From: Candidatus Eiseniibacteriota bacterium
GTDB taxonomy: Bacteria; Eisenbacteria; RBG-16-71-46
Direction: 5' to 3'
Assembly: GCA_041483195.1 (NCBI GenBank)
Contig: JBGPFC010000002.1
Span: forward strand, 96,001 to 160,000
Length of the DNA stretch: 64,000 bases
Shown here: positions 39,612-46,687 of the stretch, piece by piece
Layout: each line of letters starts with the position of its first letter
How positions within the stretch are numbered: position 1 is the stretch's first letter
Program-made: the position numbers and the translations under genes
Notes under the pieces: generated by a model
The model's input: only the letters and a program-made list of their open reading frames with translations
Databases searched by the model: none
What the model was told of the DNA's origin: nothing

Positions 39612-40814
39612 GTGAGGCGCGGTCGCGTGTCGGTGCTCTCCATCCCGATGGGACCGCTGAGTCGTGCGCTCATGGACGACTCGGACAGCGGCGTGGTGGT
39701 GCTCGATCCCGCGGCACGAGTCGCGAGCATCAATCCGGCCGCGCTGCGTCTGCTCGCCCTTCGTGCCTCGGACGCTCGCGGCCGCCCGCTGAGCGAGCTG
39801 CTCCGCACCGTCGTCGCGAACGACGATCTCGTAGGCGACGCGTTGCGCGCATCGCGCACCGAACGCGAGGCGGTGCTGCTCGCGCGGGATGGAAGCGAGG
39901 TCCCCGCGCTCGTCCGCAGCGTTCGGCTGGGCCGCCCGCCGTGGGTGCTGATCACGCTGCGCGATCTCACGCAGGTCCGGCGCATGCGGGAGGAGCTCCG
40001 CCGCCACGAGCGGCTCGCCACCCTGGGCCAGCTGAGCGCCGGCATCGCGCACGAGATTCGCAATCCGCTCGCGGGCATCGGCACCAGTGCGCAGGTCCTG
40101 TTGCGCCGATTCGAGCCCCGCGACGATCGGGCCAAGTTCGTGCGGGTGATTCTCGAGGAGGTCGCGAGGCTCGACCGGATCGTGACCAGCCTGCTCCAGT
40201 ACGCCCGCCCCCGGACCCCCGAGCTGCGTGCCGGCACGCTCGCGGCCTGCATCGAGCGCGTGCGGGTGCTCGCGAGCGAAACCATCGGCCAGACCGGGGT
40301 GCGGGTGGAAGTCGACGTGGCGCCCCGGCTCGGTCCGGTCTACATTGACTCAGACCTCGTCACGCAGGTGGTGCTGAACATCACGCTGAATGCCGTTCAG
40401 GCGATGCCCCAGGGTGGGACGCTCCGCTACGAGGTGCGCCGCGCGCGTCGTCGTCCGGCGCCGCGCGGGCCCGGACGACGCGCGTCGGACGCGGTGCGCC
40501 CGCCGGGGGGGGCGCGACGAGCCGTCGAGCGCGTGACCTTCCAGCAGGTGCGCGTGAGCGACACGGGGACCGGGATCCCGCGCGGCGTGCTGGCGAAGCT
40601 GTTCGATCCGTTCTTCTCGACCAAGCCCCGGGGCACCGGGCTGGGTCTCTCGATCTCGCAGACCATCATGCAGGAGCACGGTGGGACGATCGAAGTGGCG
40701 AGCCGCGAAGGGCGCGGCACCACCGTCCTGCTCAATTTCCCCGTGGAGAAGCGACATGGTGAAAGGCGACAGCTCGACGCACGTGCAGACCGCGCACACG
40801 CTACTCATCGTTGA
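39612..40814 (+). CDS. Cytoplasmic PAS sensor histidine kinase (NtrB/FleS/FlgS-like); start uncertain (39612/39648/39672)
   Basis: PAS 'SGVVVLD...INPAA', H-box 'AHEIRNPL', 'NAVQAM', 'DTGTGI', 'FFSTKPRGTGLGL'. Confidence 0.92.
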   Translation: MRRGRVSVLSIPMGPLSRALMDDSDSGVVVLDPAARVASINPAALRLLALRASDARGRPLSELLRTVVANDDLVGDALRASRTEREAVLLARDGSEVPALVRSVRLGRPPWVLITLRDLTQVRRMREELRRHERLATLGQLSAGIAHEIRNPLAGIGTSAQVLLRRFEPRDDRAKFVRVILEEVARLDRIVTSLLQYARPRTPELRAGTLAACIERVRVLASETIGQTGVRVEVDVAPRLGPVYIDSDLVTQVVLNITLNAVQAMPQGGTLRYEVRRARRRPAPRGPGRRASDAVRPPGGARRAVERVTFQQVRVSDTGTGIPRGVLAKLFDPFFSTKPRGTGLGLSISQTIMQEHGGTIEVASREGRGTTVLLNFPVEKRHGERRQLDARADRAHATHR

Positions 40815-42189
40815 CGACGAGCGTTCGCTGCGCTTCAGCATCGGGGAATGGGCGCGCGACGCGGGTTACCAGCCGGTCGAGGCCGCAGGGTGCCGCGAGG
40901 CGCTGGAACGCATGCGTGAGCAATCCGTCGATGTCGTGCTGCTCGACCTCAAGCTCGGGGACGAGGACGGCATGGAGGTGCTTCGTGATCTGCGCGCCGA
41001 GGATCCCTCGCTGCCGATCATCATGCTGACCGGGCACGGCACCATCGAGCACGCGGTGCGCGCGACGCGGCTCGGCGCATACGACTTCATGCTCAAGCCT
41101 CCCGATCTGGACCACCTGGGTGTGGTGGTGGCCCGCGCGCTCGAACACTCGCGGCTCCGCCGGGAGGTCGATCGCTTCCGCGCGACCTCTGGCCAGAATC
41201 AGCCCATGATCGGCGAGAGTCCGGGGCTCAAGCGCGTGCTCCAGCGACTCGAGAAGGCGGGCAAGAGCAGCAGCGCGACCGTCCTCATCCAGGGGGAGAC
41301 CGGGGTGGGGAAGGAGCTCATGGCGCAGTTTCTCCACGCTCACAGCCCGCGCGCCGGCGGGCCGTTCATCGAGCTCAATTGCAGCGCGATTCCCGAGCAG
41401 CTTCTCGAGAGCGAGCTCTACGGGCACGAGAAGGGCGCGTTCACCGACGCCAAGCGGTTCAAGAAGGGGCTGTTCGAACTGGCCGACGGCGGCACCCTGT
41501 TTCTCGACGAGATTGGTGAAATGGCGCCCGCGCTCCAATCGAAGCTGCTGCGAGTGCTCGAGAATCGCACCTTCCGCCGCGTGGGCGGACACGCCGACAT
41601 CACGGTCGACGTTCGGGTCGTGGCCGCGACGCACCGCGATCTCAAGCGCGCGGTCAGCGATGGAAAATTCCGGGAGGACCTCTACTTCCGGCTCAACGTC
41701 GTGCCGATCGAAATGCCTCCGTTGCGCGATCGGCAGGAGGACATCCGGGCGCTCGCGGAGCATTTCATCACGCGCTTCTGCCGCGAGCTGGGCCGCCCGG
41801 TCCTGCGACTCCACCCCGAAGCGCTCAGGGGTTTTCACGACTACGCGTGGCCTGGAAACGTTCGCGAGCTGAAGAACGTCATCGAGCGCGTGGTCCTGCT
41901 CGAGGCCGACGACGAGATCCGGCGCGAGCACCTGCCCTCCGAAATCCATCGCACGACCACGCGCGAGACCGCGGCGGGCGCGGCGGCGAGCCCGTTCCCC
42001 CCGGGGGTCGTTCGGCCGCTTGCCGAGATCGAGATGCTGGCGATCGATCACGCGCTGGTCGTGTGCGAGGGTAACAAGACCCGCGCGGCGCACCTGCTCG
42101 GCATCTCGCGCCAGACCCTGAGAACCAAGCTCAAGGAATTCGCCATCGAGGACGATGTTGAAGAGGGTGGCGAGGTGGGCCCCGAGTAG
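40756..42189 (+). CDS. Sigma54-dependent response regulator (REC, AAA+, Fis HTH)
   Basis: 'GETGVGKE', 'ESELYGHEKGAFTDA', 'LFLDEIGE', 'FREDLYFRL', 'WPGNVREL', 'GNKTRAAHLLGISRQTL'. Confidence 0.96.
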   Translation: MVKGDSSTHVQTAHTLLIVDDERSLRFSIGEWARDAGYQPVEAAGCREALERMREQSVDVVLLDLKLGDEDGMEVLRDLRAEDPSLPIIMLTGHGTIEHAVRATRLGAYDFMLKPPDLDHLGVVVARALEHSRLRREVDRFRATSGQNQPMIGESPGLKRVLQRLEKAGKSSSATVLIQGETGVGKELMAQFLHAHSPRAGGPFIELNCSAIPEQLLESELYGHEKGAFTDAKRFKKGLFELADGGTLFLDEIGEMAPALQSKLLRVLENRTFRRVGGHADITVDVRVVAATHRDLKRAVSDGKFREDLYFRLNVVPIEMPPLRDRQEDIRALAEHFITRFCRELGRPVLRLHPEALRGFHDYAWPGNVRELKNVIERVVLLEADDEIRREHLPSEIHRTTTRETAAGAAASPFPPGVVRPLAEIEMLAIDHALVVCEGNKTRAAHLLGISRQTLRTKLKEFAIEDDVEEGGEVGPE

Positions 42190-42499
42190 TTCGCAGCGCC
42201 TCTCCCTGGTCCCGCGGCTCGCGCCGATCTTCCCCCGGCGCCGACCAGGAACCGTTCGTGCGTTCTAGGCGTGCGCAACGAGGTTAGGCGGGCGGAATGC
42301 ATTTCGGAATGCAGTCGGTTCGCGCGTTTCGCCAACTCCGGAGCTGATCCACCCGCCCGGCCGGGTTCGCGCGGTTTCTCGCGCGGCGCCACAAGTCGCT
42401 CTCCCTGAACGGTATGGCCCCGGCCTCACGGGCGCATCGCCGATCCGATCCCGGGCTCGGAATGAGCGCCGGCCGCGTCGTTCGCGCCCTGCCCGAGGC

Positions 42500-42515
42500 T
42501 GGCACGCAGACTGCA
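42500..42515 (+). promoter_or_regulatory. Sigma54 (-24/-12) promoter of the REC-flhG-fliA operon
   Basis: TGGCACG-CAGA-CTGCA with exact GG-N10-GC spacing, 39 nt before ATG 42555. Confidence 0.75.
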
Positions 42516-42554
42516 ACCGGGTTTCCGCGCTGCCACCCACGGAGACCCCTTTCC

Positions 42555-42956
42555 ATGTCCCACATTCTCATCGTCGATGACGAACCCACCACCTCGTGGG
42601 CGCTCGCGGAAGGGCTGTCGGACGACGGCTTCAGCATCGACACCTTTCGCAGCGCCGAAGACGCGTGGGCCTGGCTCCAGGGTGGGCACAGCGACCTCGT
42701 CATCTCCGATCTCCGGCTGCCGGGCATGAGCGGACTCGAACTCGCTCGCAAGCTACGCCGCGGCCGCCACGCGCAACCGGTCATCATCGTGACGGCGTAC
42801 GGCACCCCGGAGACGATCCGCGACCTGCGCGGCGCGGGTGTCGCCGACTGCTTTACCAAGCCGTTCCCGATCGATCGGCTGCGTCGCTCGGTGCGCCTCG
42901 CGCTCGAGGCCGCCGCCCAGCGCGCCCGCCGGCGCCGCAAGGCCGCGGCGTGCTGA
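42555..42956 (+). CDS. Single-domain response regulator (REC)
   Basis: 'ILIVDDE', 'DLVISDLRLPGMSG', 'VTAYG', 'TKPF'. Confidence 0.9.
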   Translation: MSHILIVDDEPTTSWALAEGLSDDGFSIDTFRSAEDAWAWLQGGHSDLVISDLRLPGMSGLELARKLRRGRHAQPVIIVTAYGTPETIRDLRGAGVADCFTKPFPIDRLRRSVRLALEAAAQRARRRRKAAAC

Positions 42957-43291
42957 GCCGCCCCGCCTCGCAACGCGCGCGCGGCCTCAGGCGCGCCCCC
43001 GCGCCGGTGCGCCAGCTCGCGGCGCTCCATTCCGGCCGGGCGCGGATTCGCGCCGCGCTCGAACATTGCGCGGAGCAGGAACGCGCGGTGCTGGCCCTCA
43101 TGTTGTTCGAGCGCCTCACGCCGGCGGAAGCCGCGCAGGCGCTGGGGATGCCGATCACGGATCTGCTGCGCACCTACGACGCGCTGCTCCGCGAGCTGCG
43201 GCGCGCGCTGCGCGGGCTGAGATTCCGATCGAGGCTCACGCAGGACGGCCGCACCCGCACCGCGTCCGAAGCGCGCGTGAGGGAAGCCTGA
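42950..43291 (+). CDS. Stand-alone sigma-70 region-4-like protein resembling the FliA C-terminus
   Basis: 'EQERAVLALMLFERLTPAEAAQALG' versus FliA 'EQERLVVALYYYEHLTLKEIGRALG'. Confidence 0.7.
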   Translation: MLSRPASQRARGLRRAPAPVRQLAALHSGRARIRAALEHCAEQERAVLALMLFERLTPAEAAQALGMPITDLLRTYDALLRELRRALRGLRFRSRLTQDGRTRTASEARVREA

Positions 43292-43563
43292 TGCCGATCC
43301 GGCGGCCTCTGACCCCGAGCGCCGATCCGGCGGGTGAGATCCCGGCGACGTCGGGGGCGCGACTCGATCGCATCGACGCCGCGCTCGTTTCTCTGGGCGC
43401 GGAGCAGCATCGCCTCGAGCGCATCGGCCTCGAAATCCCACTCGCGCGCTGTCATACCCAGAAGCGCTACTGGATGTTCCTGAGGGCGTTGTTCTCGATC
43501 CCGGATGCGAAGCGCTCCACCCCGTGCGGAGGATCACCGTGGCCGAGCGCGACGATTCGCTGA
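43291..43563 (+). CDS. Hypothetical protein (90 aa)
   Basis: TGATG coupling to the upstream gene; helical core 'RLDRIDAALVSL...YWMFLRALF'. Confidence 0.6.
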   Translation: MPIRRPLTPSADPAGEIPATSGARLDRIDAALVSLGAEQHRLERIGLEIPLARCHTQKRYWMFLRALFSIPDAKRSTPCGGSPWPSATIR

Positions 43564-44462
43564 AGCCTTCGAGCCGGGCCGGCGCAAGGCGTCAGCGGCC
43601 GCCGCTGGCCGTGGTCCCCGGGACCGGCCAGCCGGCGGAGTCCGAGGACCATCCCGCGCGGTGGAGCCGCCCGCACGTGCCGATGATCGTCATCGCGAGC
43701 GGGAAGGGCGGGGTGGGCAAGAGCAACCTCTCCGCGAATCTCGCGGTCGCGCTCGGTGAGCGCGGCGCCCGCGTGCTGCTGGTGGACGCCGATTTCTCCC
43801 AGGCCAGCCTCGATCTGCTGCTCGGCCTTCATCCGCGTCACGACCTGCAGCACGTGCTGGCTGGCGAGAAGACCCTCGAGGATATCGTCGTCGAGGGGCC
43901 GTTTGGGGTGAAACTGGTTCCCGCGGCATCCGGGGCGCCCGAACTCGTCGATCTCGACGACGTGCGCCTCGAGTCCCTGCTGCGCGGCCTGTCCCAGCTC
44001 GAGGCCGACATCGACCTCGTGCTCCTCGATACCGCGTCGGGGGTCGGGCGCCAGGTGACTTCGCTCTGCCTGGCGGCCGACGAGGTCGTGGTCGTGACCA
44101 CTCCCGAGATGCCCGCCTTCGCGGATGCGTATGGCCTCATCAAGCTCCTCCAGCACCAGGGGCTCGCGCGTCCGGTGCACCTGCTCGTGAACATGGCGGG
44201 AAGCCCGGAGGAGGCGGAAGAGACCGCGCACCGCATTCGGCTCGTGGCCCGACGCTTCCTGCGCATGCAGCTCGACGTCTGGGAGCCGGTGCCGTTCGAT
44301 CTCGCCATTCCCCGCGCCGTGCGCCGCCAGGAACCCGTGCTGACCGCGTACCCGCAGTCCCCGGCGGCGGCGGCCTATCGGGCGCTTGCCGAGCGTCTCT
44401 GGACCACGCCACCGCCGACGCCGACGATCGAGATTTCACATCCGCAGCGTTTGGAAGCCTGA
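43539..44462 (+). CDS. flhG: MinD/ParA-family ATPase FlhG/FleN
   Basis: 'ASGKGGVGKS', 'VDADF', 'LVPAASG', 'DTASG', 'TTPEMPAFADAYGLIK'; directly upstream of fliA. Confidence 0.88.
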   Translation: MAERDDSLKPSSRAGARRQRPPLAVVPGTGQPAESEDHPARWSRPHVPMIVIASGKGGVGKSNLSANLAVALGERGARVLLVDADFSQASLDLLLGLHPRHDLQHVLAGEKTLEDIVVEGPFGVKLVPAASGAPELVDLDDVRLESLLRGLSQLEADIDLVLLDTASGVGRQVTSLCLAADEVVVVTTPEMPAFADAYGLIKLLQHQGLARPVHLLVNMAGSPEEAEETAHRIRLVARRFLRMQLDVWEPVPFDLAIPRAVRRQEPVLTAYPQSPAAAAYRALAERLWTTPPPTPTIEISHPQRLEA

Positions 44463-44477
44463 GAGGAGGAAGTCCCC

Positions 44478-45302
44478 ATGCCCCGTGCCGCCACCGCGTC
44501 CCCTGCACGTCCGTCCGTTTCCCTTCGCCTGGTGCCTCGCCGCGCCGCACCCGCGACAGCGCCGGGCCTCACCCCCGTGACCTACTCGAAGGACGATCTC
44601 CTCAAGCGGTTCGCGCCGCTGGTGCGTCACGTCGTCGAGCGGGTGGCCGCGACGCTGCCGCGCAACGTCGATCATGAGGATCTCTACTCGGCGGGGGTGC
44701 TCGGCCTGCTCGATGCCCACGCCAAGTTCGACACCCGCAAGGGCGTGAAGTTCGAGACCTACGCGGTGTGGCGGATCAAGGGCGCAGTCCTCGATCAGCT
44801 GCGCGCGCTCGACTGGGTGTCGCGCTCGATGCGACGCAAGGCTCGCAATCTCGACGGCATCACACGCAAGCTCGACCAGAAGCTGGGACGCGCGGCGTCC
44901 GAGGACGAGGTCGCGCGCGAGATGAAGATGACGCGTGGCGAATTCTATCGGTTGCTCGATCACGTTCGGGGAGCGGTGCTGGTCTCGCTCGACGAGAGCC
45001 GTTCGGGCGAGGAGCAGGAACCCACCACGCTCGCCGACCATCTGCCCGATCCCAACGCCGCCGACGTCGAGGCCCGGCTCGAGGAAGAGCAGACGCATCA
45101 CGTGATGCTCAAGACCCTCGATCAGCTTCCCGAGCAGGAGCGGCTGGTGGTGGCGCTCTACTACTACGAGCACCTCACGCTCAAGGAAATCGGCAGAGCC
45201 CTGGGCATCTCGGAATCGCGCGTCTCCCAGGTTCACACGCGCGCCATGATGCGGCTGCGTCTCCGGCTGCAGAAGGCCCTGGCGCAGGAGCGGGCGGCGT
45301 GA
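44478..45302 (+). CDS. fliA: FliA/WhiG-family RNA polymerase sigma28
   Basis: 'LPRNVDHEDL.SAGVLGL', 'KFETYAVWRIKGAVLDQLRALDWVSRS', 'LYYYEHLTLKEIG..LGISESRVSQVH'. Confidence 0.95.
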   Translation: MPRAATASPARPSVSLRLVPRRAAPATAPGLTPVTYSKDDLLKRFAPLVRHVVERVAATLPRNVDHEDLYSAGVLGLLDAHAKFDTRKGVKFETYAVWRIKGAVLDQLRALDWVSRSMRRKARNLDGITRKLDQKLGRAASEDEVAREMKMTRGEFYRLLDHVRGAVLVSLDESRSGEEQEPTTLADHLPDPNAADVEARLEEEQTHHVMLKTLDQLPEQERLVVALYYYEHLTLKEIGRALGISESRVSQVHTRAMMRLRLRLQKALAQERAA

Positions 45303-45700
45303 CGCAGCCGGAGACCGCGGAGCCGCTGCTGCCGCCGCCGCCCCACGAGGCGATGATCGAGCGCATGCTCGAGCACGCGCACGCGATCGAGGCGGCGGGC
45401 AAGCCCGAGCACGCGGCCGCCCTCAGGTCTTCACTCGAGGGCTGGCGGCGGGCGCAGCAGGATTGGATTGAGCGCCTCGCGCGGGCGCTCGCGGTCCACC
45501 ACGAGATCAACAACGCGCTGGTCGGCGTGCGGGGCAACGCACAGCTGCTGCTGATGGGTCCGGCGGGCAAACAGCCGGGCGTGAGAGAGCGTCTGGAGGT
45601 CGTGATCCGTGAATCCAAGCGCATCCAGGAAGCCGCCGGGAGAATTCGCGAGATCAAGGCCGCGATCGGCGGCGCGGACCCGGCCTCCCGTGCCGCCTGA
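45299..45700 (+). CDS. Stand-alone HisKA/DHp phospho-acceptor protein (no ATPase domain)
   Basis: GTGA overlap with fliA; H-box 'HHEINNALVGVRGNAQLL...RLEVV..ESKRI'. Confidence 0.7.
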   Translation: MTQPETAEPLLPPPPHEAMIERMLEHAHAIEAAGKPEHAAALRSSLEGWRRAQQDWIERLARALAVHHEINNALVGVRGNAQLLLMGPAGKQPGVRERLEVVIRESKRIQEAAGRIREIKAAIGGADPASRAA

Positions 45701-46670
45701 CGCCGGCCGGGCCTCCGGGCCCGACGCCACGAGCCGCCGGGCGGATGGCGCGACCGCGGTCTCGGGAACGCCGGGCGGCGAAGCGATCGCGCGTCGCCGC
45801 GCCTCGCGTTCGCTGTGGGCGGCATGCGAGGCGCTGCTCACGGCCGCGTCCGAGCCGCGTGCTGTGAATCGTGCGCTCGACGCGCTGCGCGTCGCGTTCG
45901 AGTGTGACGGCGTCGCGATCCACGCGCTGGGGCCGGAGGGCGCGATGGAGCCGCTGTGCGCGCGCGGAGAATGGCGTGTCGCTCCCGGCGACCTGCGCGA
46001 CTGCGTGAGCGTGCCGCTGATGCGCGGCGCGGAACGGGTCGGCGCCCTCGAGCTGCTCGCGCGGCCGGGCCAGCACTGGCGCCCGGCGCAAATCGGCCTG
46101 GTGCGAACCGCATCCGGCGCGCTGGGTGCCGCGCTCGGCGTTCGTCTCGAGCTCCAGCGCCTGCGCCACCAGCCGGGTCGTGACGGCGTCACCGGGCTGC
46201 CCGACGCGCGAGCTTTTCACGCGCGGCTTCACGAGGAACTCGCTCGCGCGCGCCGCCATGGATTGCCGCTCGCGGTCGTCATGGTCGACATCGATCGTTT
46301 TGCCGCACTCAATTCGCGCTACGGGCGCGCCGTCGGCGATGCGGTGCTCGCCGAGACGGCGCTGCTGCTGCGGCTGACCTTGCGCGAGACCGACGTGCTC
46401 GCGCGCCTCGGGGGCGATCGCTTCGGAATCGTGCTCCCGGAGTGCGACGTACCGGCCGCGGCACGCTGCGCCGAGCGGGTACGGCGCATCGTGGAGGAGC
46501 ACGAATTCGCCCGCGTCGGCCGCGTCAGCGCCTCGGCGGGCGTGGCGGTCAGTCCCCGGGACGGGATGGAACTGGTCGAGATCATGAATCGCCTCGACCA
46601 CGCGATCGCGATCGCCAAGAAGTCGGGACGCAGGCGGGTCGCCGTGGCCGGACAGACGCACACCCACTGA
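45690..46670 (+). CDS. GAF-like plus degenerate GGDEF (GGDRF) protein
   Basis: 'DGVTGLP', 'DIDRF', 'RETDVLARLGGDRF', 'AKKSGR'; start approximate. Confidence 0.85.
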   Translation: MPPDAGRASGPDATSRRADGATAVSGTPGGEAIARRRASRSLWAACEALLTAASEPRAVNRALDALRVAFECDGVAIHALGPEGAMEPLCARGEWRVAPGDLRDCVSVPLMRGAERVGALELLARPGQHWRPAQIGLVRTASGALGAALGVRLELQRLRHQPGRDGVTGLPDARAFHARLHEELARARRHGLPLAVVMVDIDRFAALNSRYGRAVGDAVLAETALLLRLTLRETDVLARLGGDRFGIVLPECDVPAAARCAERVRRIVEEHEFARVGRVSASAGVAVSPRDGMELVEIMNRLDHAIAIAKKSGRRRVAVAGQTHTH

Positions 46671-46687
46671 GAGCGGCGGAGGCCGGA

